In this document: piece by piece, positions 50,405 to 60,795 of the stretch
Position numbering within the stretch: the stretch's first letter is position 1
Layout: each line of letters opens with the position of its first letter
Assembly (NCBI GenBank): GCA_029856145.1
Contig: JAHQWK010000011.1
Span: 1-64,000, forward strand
Reading direction: 5' to 3'
Source: Promethearchaeia archaeon
GTDB lineage: Archaea > Asgardarchaeota > Lokiarchaeia > Sigyniarchaeales > SOKP01
DNA length: 64,000 nt
Translations under genes and position numbers: made by a program
The notes under the pieces: model-generated
Databases searched by the model: none
The model's input: the letters and a program-made list of their open reading frames with translations, nothing else
What the model was told of the DNA's origin: nothing

Positions 50405-51115
50405 TTATTTTTTCCACCATTGTGGGACTTCTACAGTTATAAATTTATCAATATCGAAGAGTAAAATTTGTCCATTTTGGAAGGAAAAAGCGAGACCACC
50501 TAAGAAATTGACCCATATCTCATCAGGTAGAAGATTAAACCACCCAAATCTAAGTCCCATAATAGGGATTTCATGAGTAATATGAAGATCTATACAGTTT
50601 CTTGGAGCTTCACGAATTAAATTCCATATAATCTTCGCAGAATTTATTGAATAGGAAGATAATGATTGAGCTTTATCATGTGGAAAGGCATCTGTTATCC
50701 AATTTTGAACATATTTAATCAAATCTCCATCCTCAATCTGTTTTAGGAAAAAATTTCGATCTAATCCAATATTATATAGAGGATCTAGAGTTCCCTTAAG
50801 TTCTGCCTTTCCACCAATTATTTTGAAACCTTCAATTATATCCTCAGCGGTTTCTTGGCATCTTGGGGCATGACTAGTGAATATTCGAATTGGTCTTTCA
50901 ACAGGGAGTTTTTCACCGAATCTTTTTGCTATTTGATGACCATTTGGAGTCAATAATAGTTCTTGCGGCTCCCAAACAGATTTTACTTCATTTTTTTCAG
51001 AGTGTCTGAGTAAAAGAATAATCTTTGCATTTTCTGGAAATTTAACTAATCCTTCTATCAATTTACGTGTGTGAATAGTCCAATCCAATTCTTCCCAAAT
51101 ATTTTGAATGTTCAT
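50405..51115 (-). CDS. Histidine phosphatase family protein
   Basis: LLRHSE, LTPNG, RCQETA, ITHE. Confidence 0.9.
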   Translation of the reverse strand: MNIQNIWEELDWTIHTRKLIEGLVKFPENAKIILLLRHSEKNEVKSVWEPQELLLTPNGHQIAKRFGEKLPVERPIRIFTSHAPRCQETAEDIIEGFKIIGGKAELKGTLDPLYNIGLDRNFFLKQIEDGDLIKYVQNWITDAFPHDKAQSLSSYSINSAKIIWNLIREAPRNCIDLHITHEIPIMGLRFGWFNLLPDEIWVNFLGGLAFSFQNGQILLFDIDKFITVEVPQWWKK

Positions 51116-51144
51116 AGTGTTTTAATAAATAAATGAAAAATTAT

Positions 51145-52035
51145 TTAAAACCATTTAACTTTAAGAGGTTTTCGTGCGGGGATTCTATAATAGCGAGCTT
51201 TTGGATATCCTATTGCTAATGTATATCCCGCAATATGTTTTAAAGGGAGCTTTACGATTTTAGCGACCGGTCTCATAACATTGAAAAAAGCAGTAATATA
51301 TCCCAGCGAACAAGTTCCTAATCCTAATGTTTCAGCAGCTAACATTATTTGACAAGCAGCTAAGGTACAATTTTCTATCGGAGATAATGCATCTTTAGGT
51401 GAATGAATAATAATAATTTCGGCATCCCTACGCCAAACTTCAATACCTTTCCTTATCATTTTTAAAAATAGTTTAAATGCGGGGATAAGTCCTTCAAGTC
51501 TCTTTATGAAACGTGGGGGAAAAGCTGTTTCTAAAGTATTTCTACCTTGAGGATCTTCAAAATTCCTAACAAGATTCTTAACTTGATTCGTAGATTCTTC
51601 AGATAACTTCTTAAGTGTTTCTCGATTTTGAACAACTGTAAAATAAACTTTTTCTTGATTCCATGCCGTAGCAGAATATCTGCCTGCGATGTTTAGAATT
51701 TTCTCAATTAATTCTTTTGGAACTGGTTTATTAGTAAATTGCCTTCGAGACCTTCTAACTTGAAAAAGATTTCCTAGAAATTCAAACGATGGAAAATTCT
51801 CTTTAGTAGGAATCTCCCTAAGAATCTCATCTTTATGAAGCTTGAGTGTAATTGCATTAACTGGGCAAACAGCAGCACATTTTCCACATTCAATACAATA
51901 ATCATCTGCTTTTTTATCTAAACATAAGATATCTGAATCAAAATAATAAAATCGACATTCATTTACACAAGCTTCACATTTAGTACAGGAATCTATATCT
52001 ACAATTATTTTAGAATTCTCTAATATACTCATCAT
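51145..52035 (-). CDS. Nitroreductase family protein with N-terminal ferredoxin
   Basis: CTKCEAC, CIECGKCAAVCP, RRSRRQF, LGLGTC, IGYP. Confidence 0.93.
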   Translation of the reverse strand: MMSILENSKIIVDIDSCTKCEACVNECRFYYFDSDILCLDKKADDYCIECGKCAAVCPVNAITLKLHKDEILREIPTKENFPSFEFLGNLFQVRRSRRQFTNKPVPKELIEKILNIAGRYSATAWNQEKVYFTVVQNRETLKKLSEESTNQVKNLVRNFEDPQGRNTLETAFPPRFIKRLEGLIPAFKLFLKMIRKGIEVWRRDAEIIIIHSPKDALSPIENCTLAACQIMLAAETLGLGTCSLGYITAFFNVMRPVAKIVKLPLKHIAGYTLAIGYPKARYYRIPARKPLKVKWF

Positions 52036-52208
52036 TTATCTAAATTAAAGGTTTTTTTTAATAAATCAATAAAAGAATCAAATTCTATTAATTTTTTTAT
52101 ATCTTTTTTAAACACTAATGTCATTTACCTATAAGCTGAAAGTTTAAAATAAGAACTCTTTTATTTATATTAAAGAAAACTAACAAAAATTAAGGGTTTT
52201 AAATAACT

Positions 52209-52592
52209 ATGATAAAATCAATTTTAGTATGTGATTCTCAAGGCTATCCATTCTATTCTAAGAAATTAGAACAAGATTTGGGTGAAATAGATCCAACAAT
52301 TTTTAGTGGTTTAATATCAGCTATAGGAGTAATAGGAAAAAAATTATTTAAAGAGGATATTGCAACTATTTCTTATGGTGAAAAATATGAGATCGTTATC
52401 ATTACAAAGGAATTATTCGGGAATGAAAAATCGATTTATTTTGTTTTTGTAATTGAAGGAAAAAAAGATCTTAAATTAATGAGACGATTGAGCACCAACA
52501 TTTTCATTGAAACCAAATATGTTTTAAAAGATCCGTCTGCTGCTAAATTGGATATTAAAGAAAAAGTAGATAAAATATTAATAAATCTATAA
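52209..52592 (+). CDS. Longin-like domain protein
   Basis: I.V.DSQGYPFYS, DPTIFSGLISAI pattern typical of archaeal longin-like domains. Confidence 0.7.
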   Translation: MIKSILVCDSQGYPFYSKKLEQDLGEIDPTIFSGLISAIGVIGKKLFKEDIATISYGEKYEIVIITKELFGNEKSIYFVFVIEGKKDLKLMRRLSTNIFIETKYVLKDPSAAKLDIKEKVDKILINL

Positions 52593-52649
52593 AAGAAGAA
52601 TCTACTGAAGCAAAATTAATAAAAAAAAATTTTAATTATTAATAATGTT

Positions 52650-52943
52650 TTAACCTAAAACTTTTAAGGCATCTCTAGCACTAATTAGAACTTCTAATTT
52701 CGCTTCAACATTATTATGGTCTAAAAATGGCCTAAACATTTTTGAGATTTCAACAATTGCATCATCTCCATGTTCTTTTTCTATAAAAACAATATTGTAA
52801 TGTTTTATACCACGTTTACCTACTGCTGTTTGGAAGGTTAACCATTTTTTTACATATGAAGGGGGTTTCCCCATTTTTTTCACGAGTTCTAGTAGTTCTG
52901 CCACCTTCGAAGAAGGATACCAAAGAATAAAATTAAGAATCAA
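52650..52943 (-). CDS. Small hypothetical protein (ferredoxin-like alpha/beta fold suspected)
   Basis: ORF with AGGAG SD; WYP...P.YVK...GIK. Confidence 0.7.
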   Translation of the reverse strand: MILNFILWYPSSKVAELLELVKKMGKPPSYVKKWLTFQTAVGKRGIKHYNIVFIEKEHGDDAIVEISKMFRPFLDHNNVEAKLEVLISARDALKVLG

Positions 52944-53144
52944 ACTATCATCAACTCCTTTTTAATACTCTAATTCATTGGATTCAAAATTGGTAGTGAA
53001 ACTATTGATTATTAATATTTAAAATTTTACATTTATGTAGTATTGATTGATTTAGTAAAAATATAAGATATAAGCATATTTACGCCTATGAGAGAATATT
53101 TATAAAGAAAAAGGATTAAATCATAAGTAATTATAAAAATTAAA

Positions 53145-53354
53145 GTGTATAGAGTTATGACGGAATTTAAAGTACTTACTTACATTATGCCATTAAAAGA
53201 GGCTAAAAGGGATTTTCACCCTCATGAATTTGAAAAAATGGTAAATCAACATCTTCAAGAAGGGTGGAAAGTCATAAACTGTGATGGTATTTTTTTAGGA
53301 GGCGTCAGCCCTACAAATGGTATACACTATTGGGCATATTTAGTAAAAGATTGA
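53145..53354 (+). CDS. DUF4177-like small protein
   Basis: EFKV...N..L.EGW.V. Confidence 0.7.
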   Translation: MYRVMTEFKVLTYIMPLKEAKRDFHPHEFEKMVNQHLQEGWKVINCDGIFLGGVSPTNGIHYWAYLVKD

Positions 53355-53521
53355 ATTCAGATAAAATTTCATTTTTTTTTTATTTTTGAATAGAAATACT
53401 TCAATCTTTATTTCGATTTTTTGTAGTTTTGGATTTAAAATTTGTATTAATATGAAAATATTTATTAGCAAATTATTTCATAAATTTATCAATATTCGAA
53501 AAAAACAATTATGGAAAAATC

Positions 53522-54766
53522 ATGAATGTTAGAGACATCAAAGGGCGTCCAAAATTCGAATCAGGTCAATTTTTAGGTTATTTTTTATGGAAGCAATCGG
53601 ATGGGTTTCATCTAAGATGGACCACCAAAAAAGGAAAAAACCACAACTTTCAAGGAAAGATAGCCTATCAAACTAAACTAAGAATTACCAGAATAGCTGT
53701 ACCCAAAACTGGGCTTAAAATATATGAAACTGAAGAAAAAATGATTCAATGGAATATTCCAAAAGAAGGAAAAGCAAATGGAATAGATTTCATTACCCCT
53801 GGAAATTTCACATTAGAATTGAGAATAGATAAAAAAAAAATTAAACCAAAAACAATATTTTTGGGACCTGAAATGAAAAATCCAGAGAGTAACCCTTTCA
53901 ATATTATTCAAATAATTGAAGAAAAAATATTAGAAAAAGAGATAAAAAGAAAATTAGAAAAAAAAATAAAAGGACCGTTAAGAGAAATCGAACCGAAAGC
54001 AATTTATGAATCTGTCTCAGAACCTGTACCGGTATACGAACCAGAACCAGTATATGAGCCAGAACCAGTATACGAACCTGAGCCAGAACCAGCACCAGTT
54101 TATGAACCTGAACCTGAACCAGTATACGAACCTGAGCCAGAGCCAGAACCAGTTTATGAACCTGAACCAATATATGAACCTGAGCCAGAGCCAGAACCAG
54201 TTTATGAACCTGAACCAGAGCCAGTATATGAACCTGAACCAGAACCAGTATATGAACCTGAGCCAGAGCCAGTATATGAACCTGAACCAGAACCAGTATA
54301 CGAACCTGAGCCAGAGCCAGTATATGAACCTGAACCTGAACCAGTATATGAACCTGAGCCAGAGCCAGTATATGAACCTGAACCTGAACCAGTATATGAA
54401 CCTGAGCCAGAGCCAGTATATGAACCTGAACCTGAACCAGTATACGAACCTGAACCAGAGCCAGTATATGAACCTGAACCTGAACCAGTATACGAACCAG
54501 AACCAGAACCAGTATATGAACCAGAACCAGAATCCGTATATAAACCTGAACCAGAACCAATATATGAACCTGAACCAGTATACGAACCAGAACCAGAACC
54601 AGAACCAGAATATGAACCAGAACCAGAACCAGAACCAGTATACGAACCAGAACCAGAGCCATTTTATGAACCTGAACCAGAATATGAATCTCTTCCAGAA
54701 CAAAAACCAGAAGAAATTAAAGACAATGAAGAAAAAAAAAGCGAAAAAAAATCTGAAGAAGAATAA
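53522..54766 (+). CDS. Protein with beta-rich N-terminal domain and long Glu-Pro-Tyr repeat tail
   Basis: Globular first ~130 aa, then about 28 (EP)nVY-type units. Confidence 0.85.
   Translation: MNVRDIKGRPKFESGQFLGYFLWKQSDGFHLRWTTKKGKNHNFQGKIAYQTKLRITRIAVPKTGLKIYETEEKMIQWNIPKEGKANGIDFITPGNFTLELRIDKKKIKPKTIFLGPEMKNPESNPFNIIQIIEEKILEKEIKRKLEKKIKGPLREIEPKAIYESVSEPVPVYEPEPVYEPEPVYEPEPEPAPVYEPEPEPVYEPEPEPEPVYEPEPIYEPEPEPEPVYEPEPEPVYEPEPEPVYEPEPEPVYEPEPEPVYEPEPEPVYEPEPEPVYEPEPEPVYEPEPEPVYEPEPEPVYEPEPEPVYEPEPEPVYEPEPEPVYEPEPEPVYEPEPESVYKPEPEPIYEPEPVYEPEPEPEPEYEPEPEPEPVYEPEPEPFYEPEPEYESLPEQKPEEIKDNEEKKSEKKSEEE
54020..54690 (+). repeat. Coding tandem repeat, mainly 24 bp unit (EPEPEPVY) with 18 and 30 bp variants
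   Basis: GAACCTGA[AG]CC[AT]GA[AG]CCAGTATA[TC] repeated; variation mostly at third codon positions of the EP frame. Confidence 0.97.
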
Positions 54767-54845
54767 AAACTCTTTATTATTTATTTTTATTATTTTATTG
54801 ATTTAAAAGGGAAAATTTAAAAGAATTTTAGAGATAACTTCTTCT

Positions 54846-55292
54846 ATGAGTCATTATCTTTTGGATTTAACACTGTTTTTTATAATAAATAGTGCTAATA
54901 TCATAATAAGTGCTATTTTCATAACAAGGGTTAAAAAACCAGGATTTGAACATATTTTGGGTATTTTATACTTGGTACTAGGCATTCCCACTTTAATAAT
55001 CGCAATTACAAACATTCTATTTCAACGAGAATGGTGGTTTTGGATATTTCCATCGCTTTTTCTGATCTTTATTGTTTTTGAACTTATTATTGATTATATT
55101 AAAAAAATTGAGTTTCGCAATCCTCGAAACAAAAGGATATTAGTTCCATATTTAATTCTATATTATATTAGCATAATATTAATGTGGGGTTTAACTTGGA
55201 CATTAGGAATTTCATATGGAGCAATTACAGGGATTACTTACTTCTTACAATTAGGATGTTCAATTTATGCGGGCAAACATGGAGTAGGATAA
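54846..55292 (+). CDS. Hypothetical membrane protein
   Basis: About five TM helices; ELIIDYI.KIEFR. Confidence 0.8.
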   Translation: MSHYLLDLTLFFIINSANIIISAIFITRVKKPGFEHILGILYLVLGIPTLIIAITNILFQREWWFWIFPSLFLIFIVFELIIDYIKKIEFRNPRNKRILVPYLILYYISIILMWGLTWTLGISYGAITGITYFLQLGCSIYAGKHGVG

Positions 55293-55343
55293 TAAATATT
55301 TTCATCTAAAATTTTATTTAAAAAAAGATCTTTACTTGATGAT

Positions 55344-55850
55344 TTATTCTTCCCATATATATGTAGAATCACAAAAATGATCGCCTTTCATCAAAGATTT
55401 TGTGCGTACTAATTTAAGATTAGGATGGAAAGCTTTAGCCATGGCAAAATCTGGATAACAGCACATAGCATGGCCAATATCAGACGCACCCAATTCTAAG
55501 AAGGTTTTTGCCCAAAGACATTCGGTAAATCTGAAAGCTAATTTATTTGGTGTATCCTCTACTATTTTAAATTTTAAACAGTTTTGCATATATTCTGTGC
55601 TGATTTGTTCTTTATAAATTTCTTTAAATTCCTCAAAATTGGTAATAGGGTTAGAATTTTTTAGTTGCCTTACAATTAGTTCAATACCTTTTTTTTCCCA
55701 GAGCTTCTTAATGATATTTAAAGCTTTCTTTTCGTCCATAAGTGGGGTTAATATTCTTATAATCTCAACTATTCCATTAAATCGTGTTCTAAAATAATCC
55801 TCATAAGAAATTCCAAATTTATTTTTAGATTTATCATATTTTTTTGACAT
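55344..55850 (-). CDS. L-2-amino-thiazoline-4-carboxylic acid hydrolase family protein
   Basis: TECLWA, CCYPD, RTKSLMKGDHFCD. Confidence 0.88.
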   Translation of the reverse strand: MSKKYDKSKNKFGISYEDYFRTRFNGIVEIIRILTPLMDEKKALNIIKKLWEKKGIELIVRQLKNSNPITNFEEFKEIYKEQISTEYMQNCLKFKIVEDTPNKLAFRFTECLWAKTFLELGASDIGHAMCCYPDFAMAKAFHPNLKLVRTKSLMKGDHFCDSTYIWEE

Positions 55851-56149
55851 TTTCTATTCCTTCTATGTAAATTTTGTTCTGATAATTCCGTTCTCCTTAT
55901 TGATTTAATTGTAATAAGAATATTTATTTTATACGATTAAGATTTTTAGGTCTATTACCACTTAAAAAAAAATATCAAGAAGAAATACAAATTAAATAAT
56001 CTAAAGGATTTATTAATTATTTCTTCTCAAAAATTTTATTAAGTATTACTATAAAACGACAATGAATTATACTTTTTTGTAATAGTTAAATAGAATTTGA
56101 AATATATTAACTTAATAATTTAAAAAAAATAAAAATTAGAGTATTTAAA

Positions 56150-58882
56150 ATGCGAATTCCAGATAAAAAGAATACAGTTAAGTTAGCGACTGTAATGGTT
56201 ATGGCGGCAATAATCATGACAATCTTTTCAATTCCACTGATAAGTATAATAGCTCCGCTTGGAGATATTCTCTTTCCGGGGAGTGGTGTATGGAATGTTC
56301 CAGGTGAAGTTCCGCAACAGGAAACGCTTTATATCCCTGGGCTAAATAGTTCCGTAACAATTTATCGTGATGAATGGGGAGTCCCTCATATCTATGCATC
56401 TAATGAAGAGGATGTAAGTTTCGCTTTAGGTTACGTCCATGCTCAAGATAGACTATTTCAAATGGATTTAGCTCGGCGCAATATAAGGGGTAAACTTTCT
56501 GAAGTAGTAGGAGAAATGGCTATAGAAGAAGATAAATATAATCTTGCTATGGGAATGGAATATTGGGCAAATAAAAGTTTGTATGATCTTATTCAAATGA
56601 AAGAAGATGGAAAATCTAATCTTATAGATCTTATAAATTCCTATGCTGATGGAGTAAATTATTATATTTGTGCCCACCAAAATGAATTGCCAATAGAATA
56701 TGCAATACTAGGATTTGAGCCTGCAAGATGGACTGCTTTAGATACACTGTGTTTTATTAAATATATGAGTAAAATGCTTACCTGGGGGTATGACGATTTA
56801 TACAGATTACAGACTTTAGAAGCTTTGGGTTCTGCTGATTATACCGAATTGATGTCTATGACAACATATGGCCAGATTCCTATATGTCCTAATTATGGTG
56901 AATTTGATGATAGTTCAGAACTCTCATTCAATGGTGGTCCATTAAAAATTAGCTCAAAGGTTATACAAACTATTTCTAGCTTTCTAAAAAGTGTAGAGTC
57001 AATCCCATCAGAAAAAGCTTTAATGGATCTTAAAGAAGAAAATGCGATAGGTTCTAATAATTGGGTTGTTGATGGTGTAAAAAGCAGTACTGGGAAACCA
57101 ATTTTATGTAATGATATGCATCTAGCTTGGAATATGCCTGGAATATGGTATGAAGCACACCTAGTTGCTGAAAGTACTGGTTTAAATGTATATGGGTTTA
57201 CTCTCGCGGGGGGAAATGTTGTTGTGGTGGGACATAATGAGCACGTTGCTTGGGGATTTACAAATACAGGGTACGATGTTATGGATTGGTACTACTATGA
57301 AGAAGTAGATTCTGATCATTATATTCATAACGGGATATTAAAAGAGTATACAAAAAGAACTTATAATATAAAAATAAAGGATGAAGGAACTCAAACGTTA
57401 ACAGTCAAAAATACAGTACATGGCCCTGTTCTCAATGATTTTCTAGGTGGAGCCGTTCCTGACTCTTTAGATGCTGGAAATATTGTATTGGCTCCTAAAT
57501 GGACAGGAAATAATATAACTTATGAATTTTTAGCCTTATATGGATATAATCATGCAGAAAATAGAGCTGACTTCAATCAATCCTCTACTTACTTTCACTG
57601 CCCTGCTCAGAATCATGTATACGCGGATATTGATGGGAACATTGCTATTAGACCTACAGGATTAGTACCCATAAGGGATGATAATCTAATTGAATCTTGG
57701 CATTTCGGTAATGGTACATTACCATATAATGGAACGAAGGGTGAAGGGGAGTGGATTGGGTATATCCCTTTTGAAGAATTACCAAATACAGAAAATCCAT
57801 CTCAACACTATTTGGCATCGGCAAATCAAATAGCAGTGGGTCCTAATTATACAAAATATGCTCTTCAAAACAGTTATGCTACTGGCTATCGAGCCAGACG
57901 GATTAATGAATTAATTAAAAATGCTCCAGATGGAACCATTGGTATAGAAAAGATGAAAGAAATACAACTTGATGTCAAATCAACACCCGCAAGAGCTTTA
58001 ATACCGTATCTTATTAATACAACTGAAGCATTACCTACTCCTCAAAAAACACCTATAGTACTAGATATCTTAACTCAATTAAAAAATTGGGATTATGATA
58101 TGGATAAAGATTTAGCAGCGCCGACTATCTATCGTAAGTGGAGGGATTATTATATGGATTATACCTTTAATGATGAAATGCAAGCTGTTGGAGCACCGAT
58201 GCAACCACCATTGAATGTTTTGGAAAAATTAACTCGAGATGAACCCGAATCAGATTGGTTTGATGATATTAACACTATTAAAATTGAAAATAGAACCCAT
58301 ATCATGATTAGAGCCCTAAATTCTACAATTGATTCTCTTTTAGGATTTTATGGTACGGATGAAGTAAGTACATGGAGATGGGGAGAAATGCACCAATATC
58401 TTTATCCTCACATAGCAGGATTAGAAAGTTTCGATAAAGGTCCATTTGAGGGAGATGGCGAAGGGTATACTGTCAATCCATCAGGGTCGAGTATAAGAGG
58501 TGGAGTGGGTTATGCGCGGTCGGGTGCTTCTGAACGAATGATAGTTGATTTTAGCGATTTACAGAATTCATTGAGTGTGATCCCATCTGGGCAGAGAGCC
58601 ATTGCAAATTCCAAACATTATTCAGATCAGTTAGAACTATTCTTAGAAGGTAAATATCATAAGCAATATTTCTACACTACTGCAGAAGTTTTTCCACAGA
58701 GTCATATTGAATCTCAAATTAGGATTTTTGCTACAGAAGACCCTTCTTTTATAATTATTTTGACAACATCCCTAATCGTAGGATTCTCAGTAGGTATTGT
58801 AGTTAGTGTAGTTGGCTGGTACAAAAGAGAGCTAATTAGTTCAAAATTTAAAGAATTAAAAAGGAGATTCAGAGGTGAATAG
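56150..58882 (+). CDS. Penicillin acylase family Ntn-hydrolase, doubly membrane-anchored
   Basis: RDEWGVPHIYA, GYVHAQDRLFQMD, GSNNWVV (Ser nucleophile), NDMHL; N- and C-terminal TM helices. Confidence 0.95.
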   Translation: MRIPDKKNTVKLATVMVMAAIIMTIFSIPLISIIAPLGDILFPGSGVWNVPGEVPQQETLYIPGLNSSVTIYRDEWGVPHIYASNEEDVSFALGYVHAQDRLFQMDLARRNIRGKLSEVVGEMAIEEDKYNLAMGMEYWANKSLYDLIQMKEDGKSNLIDLINSYADGVNYYICAHQNELPIEYAILGFEPARWTALDTLCFIKYMSKMLTWGYDDLYRLQTLEALGSADYTELMSMTTYGQIPICPNYGEFDDSSELSFNGGPLKISSKVIQTISSFLKSVESIPSEKALMDLKEENAIGSNNWVVDGVKSSTGKPILCNDMHLAWNMPGIWYEAHLVAESTGLNVYGFTLAGGNVVVVGHNEHVAWGFTNTGYDVMDWYYYEEVDSDHYIHNGILKEYTKRTYNIKIKDEGTQTLTVKNTVHGPVLNDFLGGAVPDSLDAGNIVLAPKWTGNNITYEFLALYGYNHAENRADFNQSSTYFHCPAQNHVYADIDGNIAIRPTGLVPIRDDNLIESWHFGNGTLPYNGTKGEGEWIGYIPFEELPNTENPSQHYLASANQIAVGPNYTKYALQNSYATGYRARRINELIKNAPDGTIGIEKMKEIQLDVKSTPARALIPYLINTTEALPTPQKTPIVLDILTQLKNWDYDMDKDLAAPTIYRKWRDYYMDYTFNDEMQAVGAPMQPPLNVLEKLTRDEPESDWFDDINTIKIENRTHIMIRALNSTIDSLLGFYGTDEVSTWRWGEMHQYLYPHIAGLESFDKGPFEGDGEGYTVNPSGSSIRGGVGYARSGASERMIVDFSDLQNSLSVIPSGQRAIANSKHYSDQLELFLEGKYHKQYFYTTAEVFPQSHIESQIRIFATEDPSFIIILTTSLIVGFSVGIVVSVVGWYKRELISSKFKELKRRFRGE

Positions 58883-59351
58883 AATGAAGCTTAAAGAGAT
58901 TAAAATCAATATAAGTCCTGAAACTAGAAACTTTTTAATTTCGTTTATAATTACAGCAATCATTACATTCATTCTGACATACGTTCCAATCTGGCAATTA
59001 ATCATAATTCCAGGTATAGTCGGAGGTCTCCTTAATAAAACAATGAGATGTGGAATATATAGTGGTGTTCTTGGAGTTTCAATAGTATGGCTTTTCTACA
59101 TGATTTATAAAATGATAGCAAAAGATGCCTATACACATTTAGATCAATTTGCTGGATTAATCTTCGGTGGGTTAGGCTATGGTTGGATTATTTTCATCTT
59201 GATATTATTATTAGGAGTTTTGTTTGGTGCTTTAGGTGGGGCAATAGGGAGTGGGGTCATGATATTGCTAAGACCTCGACTTGAGAGAGGATCAACAAAA
59301 AGCGTAGAAACAAAAAATTCCACTACTGGTGGAGGAAATATTAAAAAATAA
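58875..59351 (+). CDS. Gly-rich membrane protein, translationally coupled to the acylase
   Basis: 8 nt overlap with upstream gene; GALGGAIG helix-packing motif. Confidence 0.8.
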   Translation: MNRMKLKEIKINISPETRNFLISFIITAIITFILTYVPIWQLIIIPGIVGGLLNKTMRCGIYSGVLGVSIVWLFYMIYKMIAKDAYTHLDQFAGLIFGGLGYGWIIFILILLLGVLFGALGGAIGSGVMILLRPRLERGSTKSVETKNSTTGGGNIKK

Positions 59352-59384
59352 AAAATTTTTTTTTTTGTTTATTTAATTTCTTAC

Positions 59385-60722
59385 TTATTTAATTTTATAT
59401 TGACTTTTCAAGAAATTTATGATATAGTCTTTAACTTTATCACGGTCAGGTAAGCTAGCAACCATACCATATATAGCAGCATCTCCATCAGTAGATTCTC
59501 CAGGGTGTTCAACTACTTCAGTAACAGTTTTTCTGAGATCTTTCAAGAATGTATCAACTATCTCAGCATGGTGAGGATTAACCATCATATGTAGAGCATT
59601 TGGGAATTGAATTCGGTCTAAATGCCAACCCTTCTTATCCAAAAGATCTCCTAAATAATAAACATCGATTTTATCAGATGTAAAAGAAAAAACGCTCATC
59701 ACTGGTTTTCCAATAATGTATAGCTTGGGTATTTGGTTTATTCCTTTAATTAACTTCTCTGAAGCATCCATAACAATTTTTGCTAAATTTAAATACCCAT
59801 TCATCCCTAAATGTTTCATAGCAGCCCATGCCGCTGCGATTGCCCCTCCAGGACGTGTTCCTCTCATAGATGGGGAAATATAGATACCCCCTGACCAATC
59901 TGTATATACAGAAAATTGATGTTTCCAAACCCGTTCTTTTCGATAAAGGATTGTGGATGCTCCTTTTGCTCCATAACCGTACTTATGAACATCGGCACTA
60001 ATAGATGTCACACCAGGGACAGAGAAATCGAATGCGGGAACTTCATAACCAAGCTTCTTAACGAAGGGTAACATGAATCCTCCAAGGCAACCATCAACAT
60101 GTAATCCAATACCATATTCTTGAGCAATTTCTCCAAGTTCTGAGATTGGATCTACAACACCTCTCGGAAAATCACAGGCTGAACCAACAAGAAGTATTGT
60201 ATTCTCATTAATTGCATTTTCCATAGCTTTTACATCCGCTTGATGTGAACTTTGATCTACTGGGACTCTTGTTGATTTTACATTAAAATAATCGGCTCCT
60301 TTATCAAAAGCAGGATGTGCTGAGCTAGGTAAAATCATTTCTGGCTCTTTAATGCGGGGAAACTTCTCTTTTGCCCAATCTCTATATGTTTTTATCGCCA
60401 TTAAGATGCTTTCAGTACCTCCTGATGTCATGCTTCCACAGCATCTTTTATCTCCATTAAATAGGTCAACGGTCATAGAGATAACTTCTATTTCAAATTT
60501 CTTTAAACTAGGAAAGGCAATTGGACTTAATGCATTCTTCGAGAAAAACATGGTATATGCTTTTTTAAGCATTTCAGTATGCTCATCTGTGGCATGATAA
60601 ACTAAACTCCAAACTTTTCCATCCCTCCAATTTATATCATCTTTACGTATATTTTCCATCTCTTTCAAGAGATCTATTTCAAGGATTCCGTTCTCTGGTA
60701 AAATTACTTTAGGTCTTACCAT
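59385..60722 (-). CDS. Sphingosine-1-phosphate lyase-like PLP-dependent enzyme
   Basis: TSGGTESILMA.KTYRD, AHPAFDKG, HVDGCLGGF, SISADVHKYGY, G+RPG..IA.AWA. Confidence 0.88.
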   Translation of the reverse strand: MVRPKVILPENGILEIDLLKEMENIRKDDINWRDGKVWSLVYHATDEHTEMLKKAYTMFFSKNALSPIAFPSLKKFEIEVISMTVDLFNGDKRCCGSMTSGGTESILMAIKTYRDWAKEKFPRIKEPEMILPSSAHPAFDKGADYFNVKSTRVPVDQSSHQADVKAMENAINENTILLVGSACDFPRGVVDPISELGEIAQEYGIGLHVDGCLGGFMLPFVKKLGYEVPAFDFSVPGVTSISADVHKYGYGAKGASTILYRKERVWKHQFSVYTDWSGGIYISPSMRGTRPGGAIAAAWAAMKHLGMNGYLNLAKIVMDASEKLIKGINQIPKLYIIGKPVMSVFSFTSDKIDVYYLGDLLDKKGWHLDRIQFPNALHMMVNPHHAEIVDTFLKDLRKTVTEVVEHPGESTDGDAAIYGMVASLPDRDKVKDYIINFLKSQYKIK

Positions 60723-60795
60723 TTTATTTTCACAAATAATTATGATTTTTTATTTAATATGTTATATCAATTGTTATATAATAATTATTTTAACC

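Noticed and set aside
54020-54690. Possible CRISPR array
   Set aside because: Contiguous in-frame tandem units with no unique spacers, and no cas genes in the window
53904-54806. Three extra long ORFs ([16 protein letters not shown] and FWFRFIYW repeats) overlapping the EP repeat
   Set aside because: Stop-free alternative frames of a low-complexity repeat; variation is synonymous mainly in the EP frame, which also carries the globular domain
673-60597. Numerous short ORFs in the track lying antisense to or out of frame within confident genes (e.g. 673..909, 6216..6497, 9150..9470, 19842..20198, 25242..25598, 41762..42082)
   Set aside because: Shadow ORFs with no recognisable motifs
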